Source: an uncultured candidate division Zixibacteria bacterium (GTDB lineage Bacteria > Zixibacteria > MSB-5A5 > UBA10806). Taken from it: 64,000 nucleotides of DNA. Positions 1-9,149 of this stretch are shown here, one piece after another. The position numbers and the translations under genes were made by a program. Numbering within the stretch: position 1 is the first letter of the stretch; every line of letters starts with the position of its first letter. The notes below the pieces were generated by a model. The model saw nothing but the letters and a program-made list of their open reading frames with translations, had not been told where the DNA came from and ran no database searches. The stretch covers positions 32,001-96,000 of the forward strand of contig CAWFQL010000016.1 in NCBI GenBank assembly GCA_963817915.1, in the 5' to 3' direction.

Positions 1-453
1 AGTCGCGTAAAATACCGGTCTGACTCCCAGCCTGTCGCGAGATATAAATAGCGATTGTTTTTTCTTATCATATATAGCGAATGCCCACTGACCATTGAAA
101 TGGTTAACACAGTCTTTACCCCAATGCTCATAGGCATGGACGATTACTTCGGTATCGGAATGAGTTTTGAATTTGTGGCCGGCCCGTTCCAATTCCGGAC
201 GCAGCTCGATATAATTATATATTTCGCCATTGAAGGTAATCCAGATGGTGCCATCTTCATTCGAAAGTGGCTGAGAGCCACTGGATAAATCAATTATCGA
301 TAGCCTGGCTTGACCCAGGACGCATTTATTGTCGAAATAGGCCCCAAATTCATCGGGCCCTCTATGCCGAATAATATTAATCATTCGCCCGATGAGTTCT
401 TTATCGGGTCTGGCTGTATTATTAAGTTGAAAATATCCGGCGATTCCGCACAT
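1..453 (-). CDS. asnB: Asparagine synthase (glutamine-hydrolysing) family amidotransferase, N-terminal part only (runs off the window start)
   Basis: Not in the ORF track. Manual translation from ATG at 453 gives MCGIAGYFQLNN...IIRHRGPDEFG...ARLSIIDLSSGSQPLSNEDGTIWITFNGEIYNYIELR...HSDTEVIVHAYE...FNGQWAFAIYD...SRDRLGVRP, i.e. class II GATase motifs (Cys2, HRGPD, NGEIYN, SDTEV). Confidence 0.93.
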   Translation of the reverse strand, partial: MCGIAGYFQLNNTARPDKELIGRMINIIRHRGPDEFGAYFDNKCVLGQARLSIIDLSSGSQPLSNEDGTIWITFNGEIYNYIELRPELERAGHKFKTHSDTEVIVHAYEHWGKDCVNHFNGQWAFAIYDKKKQSLFISRDRLGVRPVFYAT

Positions 454-720
454 AAAATGATTTTCTAAATTAAAGCAACCTTCATTGAAATATCTGATTC
501 AAATCAATACCATTTCGTGAACAAATAGCGAATGTCATTTGAACGACAAAAGCGCATCCTTTGTTTCCATATTATCGGCTAATTAACGCGATTTGACAAC
601 AAAAATGTAAAAAAAGATGGATCAATTTGAAATATAGTTGGTTGAAATTAGCAGAAAAGAATAATCATGGCGGCAAAAACGGCGGCGTGTATTATCTACA
701 TGCCGATTTTGAACTGCTTT

Positions 721-1731
721 CTAGAACTTGGTGATTGGAAGATCGTGCTCCAACCTATGCCATTCAATAGTTTTTATGAGACCGTTTACCAGCCTGGTCT
801 TATATTTGTACCCAAGCAAGGCGGCCGCCTTGGAAAGATCGGGAAACCGTTTCATGACATCTTCATATCTTACTTCGAAGCTTTCATAGGGCACAAATTT
901 AATCTTTGGCTGTTTTGAATTATCGACTAACCTGCTTATCAGCTCGGCCAAAAATAAAATCGTGACCTCTTCATCTGATCCCAGATTAATAATTTCACCA
1001 ATCGCCTTATCACTTTCTCCTGCCATAACAATGCCGGCTATCAAATCATCTATATAGGTAAACGATCTGGTTTGATTGCCAGTGCCGTGAACAGTTATTT
1101 CCTCGCCTTTGAGAGCCTGGTCGATAAAGACCGACTGCGGACCGCCCCACCAAGACCTGTGATGTCTCGGCCCGTAGCTGCCGAAAAATCTCAGAATAAC
1201 TATCGGTACACGTTTCTGGCGATAATACGCAAATGCCAGATGCTCATCGAATATCTTGCTTGTGGCATAGCTCCATCTGCCGATATTGGTTGGCCCGAGC
1301 ACTAAATCGCTGGTTTCGCTGAATGGCGGAGTGCCCTTACCGTAGACATCTGATGTCGACGCCAGGATGACCTTACAGGAATTTTCGGCGGCCACTTCGA
1401 AGATATTCATTGTGCCATGATTATTGATCTGCAATGTTGAGAGCGCGTCGCCATAACGCGGTATCTTGCGCGCTGCCAGATGATAGATAATCGAAATATC
1501 CTTCATGGCGCTCCGCAATTCATTTATATCACAAACATCGGCTTCGATGAATGAAAAATCCGGATTATCCTTGTGCTGGCTGATATTTTTTAGAAAGCCA
1601 TGAGAAAGATCATCATAGCATACGACACGCCAGCCTTTTTGAATAATAGCGTCGCAAAGATGAGAACCGATAAATCCCGCGCCGCCGGTGACCATGGCTA
1701 TAGGTTTTGTATTATTAATAAGTCTCTCCAA
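721..1731 (-). CDS. NAD-dependent nucleotide-sugar epimerase/dehydratase (extended SDR)
   Basis: TGGAGFIGSH Rossmann motif, ASTSDVYG, catalytic YATSK (YxxxK), GTGNQTRSFTYIDD; polysaccharide-gene context. Confidence 0.9.
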   Translation of the reverse strand: MERLINNTKPIAMVTGGAGFIGSHLCDAIIQKGWRVVCYDDLSHGFLKNISQHKDNPDFSFIEADVCDINELRSAMKDISIIYHLAARKIPRYGDALSTLQINNHGTMNIFEVAAENSCKVILASTSDVYGKGTPPFSETSDLVLGPTNIGRWSYATSKIFDEHLAFAYYRQKRVPIVILRFFGSYGPRHHRSWWGGPQSVFIDQALKGEEITVHGTGNQTRSFTYIDDLIAGIVMAGESDKAIGEIINLGSDEEVTILFLAELISRLVDNSKQPKIKFVPYESFEVRYEDVMKRFPDLSKAAALLGYKYKTRLVNGLIKTIEWHRLEHDLPITKF

Positions 1732-1770
1732 TTTAATTATTAAATCTCTATGCGGATTAAAGACTGCGGT

Positions 1771-2964
1771 TCAACCTTTGGATATTCCCACTTCGGTTAT
1801 TTTGATCTTTGTCGTGCCACCTCTGACTGGACCGGGAGCCAGCATCTTGTCTCGAATTTTCATGAATTCATCGACTGTTCTTTCGGCGGCCCTGCCATCC
1901 CAATACTTTGGTGCGTTCCCCTTCTTTATATTCCCTCCGATAATGTTCTCCGCTTCGGCGATCAATTTTTCCGGATAGGGACCTACGAGGATATTAGTTC
2001 CTTCATTGATAGTCGAATTTCTCTCGGTGCATTTAAGCAATGTCAGACAAGGTACGTTGAGCATTGTTGTTTCTTCCTGTACACCGCTTGAATCGGTTAT
2101 GGCCATTGTAGCCTCGGATTCCAATTTTATAAAATCCAGATACCCTAATGGCTCGATCAATCTTATCATCGGATTTGCAAAATACGGAGTCAATCCATAT
2201 TTTTCAAGGACTAATCTTGTTCTGGGGTGGCAGGGAAAGACTACCGGGATTTTGCTCGATAATGTCGCGACAGCCTGAATGATCATCTCCAAAGTCTTGC
2301 GATTTTCGATATTTGGAGGGTGATGCAGAGTCAATAGTGCATATTTCTTCGATCCAAGTTTCAAATCGTTTTTTATGGTCCTGGTTTGCGCGGTCACCAG
2401 CAATGAGTTTAATGAATCGATCGCTGTGCTGCCAACGAAAAATATCTTTTCTTCAGGCGTTCCACTATTCAAAAGATTTTGATATGCGGCTCTTTCGCTC
2501 GCGAAAAGATATTGCGAAATACTATCGACGAGAAGCCTGTTTATCTCCTCGGTTGATGACATATCTCCGGAGCGTAAACCCGCTTCGAGATGCGCCACTG
2601 GGATTTTGTGCTTTGCCGCTATAATCGCCGAGGCCATAGCGGTATTGGCGCCGCCAATTGTAACTATAATATGAGGCTGAAGCTCCAGGAGCGCCCTCTC
2701 GAATTCATTCATTAGCTTTCCAATTTGGAGAGCTGGCGAGCCGGACCCGGTCTCCAAATGAATTTCAGGACCAAGCAATCCGAGTTCGTCAATTAGATTA
2801 TGCGAAAGATTGTCGTCATAATGCTGACCGGCATGAACTAATATGGGTTCTAAAAAATCATTGTATCGTCCCATTCTTTTTATCAATGGAGCGGCCTTGA
2901 TAAAATCCGGACGGGTGCCCGCCACAATCATGATTTTCATTCTGGATTGATGATAATTATCCAA
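1771..2964 (-). CDS. wecB: UDP-N-acetylglucosamine 2-epimerase (non-hydrolysing)
   Basis: GTRPDFIK, HAGQHYD, HLEAGLRSGD, EEINR, TDSSGVQEET, TER and YWDGRAA motifs. Confidence 0.9.
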   Translation of the reverse strand: MDNYHQSRMKIMIVAGTRPDFIKAAPLIKRMGRYNDFLEPILVHAGQHYDDNLSHNLIDELGLLGPEIHLETGSGSPALQIGKLMNEFERALLELQPHIIVTIGGANTAMASAIIAAKHKIPVAHLEAGLRSGDMSSTEEINRLLVDSISQYLFASERAAYQNLLNSGTPEEKIFFVGSTAIDSLNSLLVTAQTRTIKNDLKLGSKKYALLTLHHPPNIENRKTLEMIIQAVATLSSKIPVVFPCHPRTRLVLEKYGLTPYFANPMIRLIEPLGYLDFIKLESEATMAITDSSGVQEETTMLNVPCLTLLKCTERNSTINEGTNILVGPYPEKLIAEAENIIGGNIKKGNAPKYWDGRAAERTVDEFMKIRDKMLAPGPVRGGTTKIKITEVGISKG

Positions 2965-3108
2965 ATCCCCTCCCTGGAAATGCCAAAAACATTATGAGCT
3001 ATCTATAATTCATTTTCGGATAAATAATGGCCGAGTATAGCTTTCGAGCAATTAATTATGGAATTTCTTTTGGTCGGCGAATAGCATTGGCCGTCAATTA
3101 TAGATGAG

Positions 3109-3936
3109 CTATATGGCTAAAGAAGTATGATTGGAATTATCGGATAGATGCAGGTATTTTTCACAGCTGATAAATTCATATCGCGCAAGCAGACGTTTGA
3201 GCTTTTCCTCGGCTAAAGTCAAATTGCCGAAATTGGGGTAATCGGTATATTCCGCGTTCATACGCCGCGGGTGATACTTGTCCAACTCCCATAACCTCAT
3301 ATTTATCATGGCTGGCGAACCTGATTGGTTTAGTTTTTTTATGGACCGATTGACGAACCAATATGGAAGAGTGCGGATATTTTCGCCGAATCTCGCCTGC
3401 ATCCAAAATTTATTATAAGTCGATTGCGGCACGCATATTACAGAATTATCGCCCTCCAATTGTATGGGGAATAGCTTGTTTGGTGAAAAACGCCGTCCGC
3501 GCGGAAAAAGGCTGCAGTCATATTTGAATCCCACTTCGCCAATAATGCTGTAAATTCCAAGATTTTCCCGATTCAAATACCTGCTGGATGCCTTAAAACC
3601 AAGGATATTCTTTCCGATGATATCTTCCAACGTTGACTTGGATTTGACCAATTCTTCTTTGAGTTTATCGGCGGATATCGTCGTAATATCCACATGGGTA
3701 AAACCATGGCTCGCGACTTCATGCCCTCGCGAATCCAAGAGCGCAACGACTTCCGGAAATTTTCGAGCCACCCAGCCCAAGACAAAAAATGTAGCCTTGG
3801 CTTTTTCCTCATCAAGCAAATCAAGCAGGTGAATCAAGATCGGAATTATGCGGGATCTTCGATCGGGTAGTTCGAAGGCGGGGCTTTCTGCATGGAATCG
3901 GTCTTCAACTTCGAATGTCAGTATATTTCTCATCAA
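3109..3936 (-). CDS. Polysaccharide deacetylase (CE4, DUF3473 / PEP-CTERM-locus-like subfamily)
   Basis: LTFEVED, ATFFVLGWVA, GHEVASHGFTH, YDCS and WELD motifs; several catalytic positions look divergent (see findings). Confidence 0.82.
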   Translation of the reverse strand: MMRNILTFEVEDRFHAESPAFELPDRRSRIIPILIHLLDLLDEEKAKATFFVLGWVARKFPEVVALLDSRGHEVASHGFTHVDITTISADKLKEELVKSKSTLEDIIGKNILGFKASSRYLNRENLGIYSIIGEVGFKYDCSLFPRGRRFSPNKLFPIQLEGDNSVICVPQSTYNKFWMQARFGENIRTLPYWFVNRSIKKLNQSGSPAMINMRLWELDKYHPRRMNAEYTDYPNFGNLTLAEEKLKRLLARYEFISCEKYLHLSDNSNHTSLAI

Positions 3937-3973
3937 ACTTTCTTTCTTTTCCGGCGCTTATCCATCTAATGAT

Positions 3974-4000
3974 ATGTCGGCAATATTCAGCCTGTATTAG
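3974..4000 (-). promoter_or_regulatory. Putative sigma28 (FliA)-type promoter for the deacetylase
   Basis: Minus strand reads CTAA-N15-GCCGACAT versus consensus TAAA-N15-GCCGATAA. Confidence 0.35.
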
Positions 4001-4121
4001 ATTAGGCACAAACTTATAATAAACTTAAATTTTATCAAATGCTACAAACAATATCCCTGAGGCTGATGGAGGATAATATTTATGCAATTCGGCAGTATAA
4101 ATTATTTAGGCAATTTAAAAA

Positions 4122-6899
4122 TTAACGATAGCCGAAGACTTCGGCATAAATAATCAGCAATATCAGAGCTATGCCAAGAGAAAGTGCAGTCCAACCAAAT
4201 ATCTTCAGACCACGAACCACAATCGGCGGCAACGGATCAACCAGGCGATTCTCCAGCTCGCCGGATTCCAATGCTTCCTGGTATTCACGCGGACGATCTT
4301 CCTTAAATTCTTCCAGTGGCACGCGGCCTGTGAATATTACAGTATCCATCGGGAATTTGTCGGGACGGAAATGAGTGTTGAAGAAATGCACAGTGAAGAT
4401 AAAGCCCACCGCGAGAAGCGCCTCATCCGAATGAATAACCGTGGCGACATTGATAAACCAGCCCGGGAAGATACGAGTAAATAACTCCGGAAACCAGAGG
4501 ATTAACCCCGTGGCACCGATAATACCAACTCCCCAGAATACCGCGAAATAGTCAAATTTTTCCCAGTAAGTCCATCTACCATACGCCGGTCGTGGAGCTT
4601 TTCCGATAAACCATTTTATTGTTCCCCATACCTCTTTGGCGTCATTCAAATTGGGCAGCATTGAGTTGGGGCCAAAGATGAATTCCTTCCAGGATTTTTT
4701 CGATTTCGATTTTTGCCTGAATAGATCGAAAATGTGTATTCCAAAATATCCGAATGTAATCAATGCGCAAACTCTATGAACAAATCCGGCGGATTCAAAT
4801 CCTCCGAGGACATGCGAAAGCCATTGCGCCCAGCCCAAGTATGAGAATTTCAGTATCATACCGGTAATGGCAAGACCAATGAAACTGATAATTACGAATA
4901 TATGCAATCTTCGAGGCAGACTGGCGAATCTTAAATATTCTTTTCCGCCCTTATGCTGTGCCTGCATCTTCCTGTGCTCCCTCATCATCTGGAATGAACG
5001 AGGCAGCCAGAGCGCCGTATGAATACCGGATAAAGTCAGAGTCGATACCAAAAGAATTGTCATGAACCAGAATGTATAAAACAGAACGGGATATCTGCTG
5101 CGATCGTGATGGGTAGCATGGGTCAGATAGCCTGCAAATCGACGATGCGAGCCGGGGTGGCATTGCGCGCAGGTTTTTACAATATTCTGCCTGGAAAGAT
5201 GCGATCTCGGATCCCAGGTCGGCTGGACATCGTGCGCGCCATGGCAATCATAACATTTTGCGGCCCCGCTATAACCAAGCTTCGATACCTTGCCGTGATA
5301 AGTATCGAAATATGTTTTCATAACATCTTCATGGCAGCGGCCGCATTGATTGATAATACCAAGCATAAACGCATCCTGGTCTGTTCTTCTGATAGTATGC
5401 GAAGTATGGCAATCGCTGCACATCGGCAACGGTTTATCTGACTTGGAAACCGCACGCGAATGAATACTCTTGTTAAATTCTTCGTAAATTCCGTTATGGC
5501 ATTTCGCACAGGTGTTAGGAATATTAGCCGGGTTGACGCTTGATTCGGGGTCTTTGCCGGGCAATTCATGGTGTGCCGTATGGCAATCGGTGCACATGGC
5601 GGTTACGACAAGACCGCTCTCCAATAGCCCTTTGCCATGGATACTTTCTACATAGTTGCTGAGGATGTTATGCTCTTCACCCTTATATCGGATCGCCGCT
5701 TTGTTACCTTCCTTGTGACATTTACCGCATAAATCCGGGACATGAGTAGGATATGTAGGTGAATCCGTTTGTCTGCGATCCTTGATGCCGTGCTTTCCGT
5801 GACAATCACCGCAGATAGGCGCATTGGGATCGCCACGATCCGCGAGTTTTCCATGGGTACTCGTACTATAGGTCTTGACCACTTCAGCATGACATACCGA
5901 ACAATCAACTTTTGTAGTTATTGTTGAACAAGACCGCTTTTCGGCCGGGCTGGCTCCACTATGACATTGAGCGCAGGCGACATTGCGGTGGATCGAGCCT
6001 TTAACTTCAGTCGTATCGATATATAATGATAAAGTATCCGAACCGATTATTGAAACCAGATTCTTATTGGAATGGCATGACATGCAATCTCGGTCTGCCA
6101 TGCCGAGCTCATAGTAAATTTTGCGGACTCGATGGGGGGCATGACAATCAACACAGATCGGAACACTATTCGGCGATTTTTGCCACAACTCACCTTTTAT
6201 TACTTTTTGATGAACTTTCTCGATCATCCCATGACATTTTTCGCATGTCTTCGCAACATTGAATCGGTAAATTGTCGATCTGGGATCGGTATGAGGCAAT
6301 ACATTATGCGATGTATGACAATCAGTACAAACCGCCGAAACTGTCAATCCCTTTTCGAAAAGACCGACACCATGCATACTGAATGAGTAATGGCTTAAAA
6401 TACTGTCTTGCGGGATATCGTAAGTGCGCGTGACCTCGGAACCCTCTTTATGACAACGGCCGCATACAAATGGAATATTGGCTTTCGTAACCTTGGAATC
6501 GGGAGAGTCTGTTTTGATTATGTCATGAGCGCCGTGGCAATCCCAGCATCTCGGTGCGAGCCTTTCGCCGGCCGCCACTGCTCTTCCATGAAGACTGCCA
6601 TCATATATTTTTTCTACGTCGTCATGACAGCTGCCACATTTGGGTGGCGCTACATTTTCTTTATGGGGGAATTCTGCCTGTGCCAGATCTTCGTGGCAGG
6701 AAATACAATCCAAATCGGCATGGATAGATTTTGATAACTGCTTTTTATCTACGAATAGTGAAACCTGGCTGCCATTAATCTCTTTTGTGAGGGATTTGTC
6801 TCCGTGGCATCCCAGGCAGTCATCGGCAGTCTGGGCATTCAACCCTGAAGCGCACAAAACAAAAATACAAGCGAATATTAATTTGCGGAACGTATTCAT
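4122..6899 (-). CDS. CbcL-like inner-membrane multiheme cytochrome c (19 CXXCH) fused to an FdnI/HydC-type cytochrome b domain
   Basis: Signal peptide; 19 CXXCH motifs counted by hand; C-terminal TM helices with His ligands (RRLH, VHR, VIHSDEA, TVHFFNTH) and the motif GRWTYWEKFDYFAVFWG. Confidence 0.88.
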   Translation of the reverse strand: MNTFRKLIFACIFVLCASGLNAQTADDCLGCHGDKSLTKEINGSQVSLFVDKKQLSKSIHADLDCISCHEDLAQAEFPHKENVAPPKCGSCHDDVEKIYDGSLHGRAVAAGERLAPRCWDCHGAHDIIKTDSPDSKVTKANIPFVCGRCHKEGSEVTRTYDIPQDSILSHYSFSMHGVGLFEKGLTVSAVCTDCHTSHNVLPHTDPRSTIYRFNVAKTCEKCHGMIEKVHQKVIKGELWQKSPNSVPICVDCHAPHRVRKIYYELGMADRDCMSCHSNKNLVSIIGSDTLSLYIDTTEVKGSIHRNVACAQCHSGASPAEKRSCSTITTKVDCSVCHAEVVKTYSTSTHGKLADRGDPNAPICGDCHGKHGIKDRRQTDSPTYPTHVPDLCGKCHKEGNKAAIRYKGEEHNILSNYVESIHGKGLLESGLVVTAMCTDCHTAHHELPGKDPESSVNPANIPNTCAKCHNGIYEEFNKSIHSRAVSKSDKPLPMCSDCHTSHTIRRTDQDAFMLGIINQCGRCHEDVMKTYFDTYHGKVSKLGYSGAAKCYDCHGAHDVQPTWDPRSHLSRQNIVKTCAQCHPGSHRRFAGYLTHATHHDRSRYPVLFYTFWFMTILLVSTLTLSGIHTALWLPRSFQMMREHRKMQAQHKGGKEYLRFASLPRRLHIFVIISFIGLAITGMILKFSYLGWAQWLSHVLGGFESAGFVHRVCALITFGYFGIHIFDLFRQKSKSKKSWKEFIFGPNSMLPNLNDAKEVWGTIKWFIGKAPRPAYGRWTYWEKFDYFAVFWGVGIIGATGLILWFPELFTRIFPGWFINVATVIHSDEALLAVGFIFTVHFFNTHFRPDKFPMDTVIFTGRVPLEEFKEDRPREYQEALESGELENRLVDPLPPIVVRGLKIFGWTALSLGIALILLIIYAEVFGYR

Positions 6900-6977
6900 T
6901 TGTTTTTTTGCGTCACCCTGTTGCCATAGTATTTACGCGACAATATCTTTACCTGCCAAATTATCCTTATTGCCCGA

Positions 6978-8909
6978 TTACTTATTGAGTCTCGGCTCGG
7001 CCGGATTATTTTTCAACTCGGGATCTTCCGGATGCTCATGTTTATACATATCTTCAGGCATTTTACCCGTATACCACGATGGATTCATGGGATAAACTGA
7101 CGGGCTGAAGATAGTCGAGTACATATGCCAAATCAGAATCGCCAACGTGGCCAACCACGCCTCATAGTAATGAATAATCAACATGATATCGAGGAATCCC
7201 TTGGGGAACCATTCAACTGCCGCATTTTCATACCACAGGAAAAAGCCCGTCAGTATCATTACTGCTGTTCCCCATACCAAAGCCCAATATTCAGCCTTCT
7301 CGACATAACTAAACCGTCCGAAACGAGGGCTTTCTTTTCGTTTACCGAGATTATAAGCAATGGTCTGGAAGAACTGAATCAAATCCAATTTCGATGGCCA
7401 CATGTCGGTGATGAATTTTCGTCCGCGGGCCGTAGTAAGATATAGAATATGCCAAATCGTTGTCAGAATAAAGAGCACGGCCGCCACTCGATGGATAACT
7501 CCGCGCACGGGGAATCCGCCCTCTCTGCCAAATAGCAGTTTAGCCCACCAAGCCTCCGAAAATCGAAGCGCAAAACCTGTAACTACCAGTGTCAAAAATG
7601 TCACCATAAGAAATGTGTGCTGCCAGAGCTCGCCCAGGGTCATGCGAACAATTTGCTTTTTGTTGCCGATATTTTTTATCTGTTTTCGTAAATCAATGAC
7701 CCAGTGAATGATCATTGTTCCAACAATTACTATAATGGCAATAATATAAATCTGACTTACGATTTTGGCCGCAGGTGTCTGGGTAACTCCCGGAGTGCCA
7801 TGGATCGGCGTATTGGCAACCGCCTGCGATATTCCGGGATGGCAATGGCCGCAGGTAGCCTGCAAATTCGCCGGATATATCGATGATGTTCTGTCGGTAT
7901 GTGGTAGTATCCTGTGAGCCCCATGGCATGACGCGCAATTGGCTACAGTCAAATCGCCGGCGCGGCTTTTTAATCCATGATAACTGTCGACATACGATGC
8001 CAAACGACCGGTTGGCACGCCATATTTTTCATTTAATCTTGCTGATTCATGGCAAGGGGCACATGTTGCCTCGGCGACTCGAGCGGGACTGACAGCCGAA
8101 CGGGGGTCTTTCGGCGAAAGAATGCCATGCTCGCCGTGACATTCGGTGCAAACCGGCGAATCGGTTTCGCCCATGGCTGTCAACTTGCCATGTATGCCCT
8201 CCCAATAATCATTCTCGATACTCTTATGGCACCTGCCGCATGTCTTGGGGATATTGAAATGATTGATTGATGAAAGGGAATTACCCTGAGACAATATCAT
8301 ATGAGCGGTGCTGTTGCTTGAATGGCAATCATTGCATGTAGCCGCGAGATATACTCCGCCAAGCGATGCGACTCCGTGAACACTGCTCTTAAAAACCTCT
8401 ACCGGTTTTTCGAGGGGAATTTCATATTTTTTTACCAGATCGATATTCTCGTGGCATCGGCCGCATGTAGACGGAAGATTAAGTGGGTTTACCCGTGAAT
8501 CCCGCGATGTGGACGGCGTAATATCATGCATCCCGTGACAATCGGCGCAGGATGGGAGATCTTTGTTTTCGCCGACTTTTATATGGCCGTGCATTTGATA
8601 AATTTTGGCTTCGCTCTCATGGCAATTGCCGCAATTCACGTTTGCCAATTTCTCCGCGTGGGGAGTTTCCTTTATATCAGAATGGCAACCGGTACATTCC
8701 AACGATCCATGCGACGAACTTTCATACATAGCCTTGTCGACAAAGAGCGTATCTTCATGCCCGGTGGAATCCTGTCTTACCAGGCCCTTGTCACCATGGC
8801 AATCAAGACATTGTGCATTAATCAGGGATGGGATAAATAAAATTATGGAGAATAACAGTAAAGATGTCGCCAGAACGGCGGCCTGACCGAACTTTGTTTT
8901 TTGAATCAC
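6978..8909 (-). CDS. CbcL-like multiheme cytochrome c (11 CXXCH) fused to a cytochrome b domain
   Basis: 11 CXXCH motifs; C-terminal WQH, VIHR, IIHYYEA, IWHMY and FGRFSYVEKAEYWALVWG motifs. Start moved from 8966 to GTG at 8909, which opens directly onto the signal peptide; the 8966 start lies inside an operator-like palindrome. Confidence 0.87.
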   Translation of the reverse strand: MIQKTKFGQAAVLATSLLLFSIILFIPSLINAQCLDCHGDKGLVRQDSTGHEDTLFVDKAMYESSSHGSLECTGCHSDIKETPHAEKLANVNCGNCHESEAKIYQMHGHIKVGENKDLPSCADCHGMHDITPSTSRDSRVNPLNLPSTCGRCHENIDLVKKYEIPLEKPVEVFKSSVHGVASLGGVYLAATCNDCHSSNSTAHMILSQGNSLSSINHFNIPKTCGRCHKSIENDYWEGIHGKLTAMGETDSPVCTECHGEHGILSPKDPRSAVSPARVAEATCAPCHESARLNEKYGVPTGRLASYVDSYHGLKSRAGDLTVANCASCHGAHRILPHTDRTSSIYPANLQATCGHCHPGISQAVANTPIHGTPGVTQTPAAKIVSQIYIIAIIVIVGTMIIHWVIDLRKQIKNIGNKKQIVRMTLGELWQHTFLMVTFLTLVVTGFALRFSEAWWAKLLFGREGGFPVRGVIHRVAAVLFILTTIWHILYLTTARGRKFITDMWPSKLDLIQFFQTIAYNLGKRKESPRFGRFSYVEKAEYWALVWGTAVMILTGFFLWYENAAVEWFPKGFLDIMLIIHYYEAWLATLAILIWHMYSTIFSPSVYPMNPSWYTGKMPEDMYKHEHPEDPELKNNPAEPRLNK

Positions 8910-8949
8910 ACGCACCTCATCATCATCATCAACTCCTAATCCAAACACG

Positions 8950-8969
8950 ATCGTGAACTTCTTCACGAT
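8950..8969. promoter_or_regulatory. Rex-like operator (perfect 8-4-8 palindrome)
   Basis: ATCGTGAA-cttc-TTCACGAT; Rex consensus is TTGTGAA-N4-TTCACAA. Confidence 0.6.
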
Positions 8970-8993
8970 TACACGCCCGCCCCGCCATCAAAT

Positions 8994-9044
8994 AATTTAT
9001 CTTTTTTAACCACGCTGTCAAGCATAATGTGAAATAGTTCTCAA
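8994..9044 (-). promoter_or_regulatory. Sigma70-type promoter with an adjacent second Rex-like box
   Basis: Minus strand TTGACA (9021-9016), 16 bp, TAAATT; ATGTGAA-atag-TTCTCAA at 9027-9044. Confidence 0.5.
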
Positions 9045-9149
9045 AATCAATAAGAGTAAATTTTCTATCATCTTATCATCCAACGGGTTCGATTTGACGC
9101 AGTAATTAATAATCCTCAAAAAAATAGGAATTTCTTGGATTTAGTAATC

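Noticed and set aside
55..288. 77-aa plus-strand ORF
   Set aside because: Antisense shadow of the asnB-like gene on the minus strand.
8910..8966. Acidic N-terminal extension (VDDDDE) and (GAT)4 microsatellite of the 11-heme cytochrome
   Set aside because: The 8966 GTG lies inside the operator palindrome and the extension precedes the signal peptide, so it is probably untranslated; the tract is too short to suggest phase variation.
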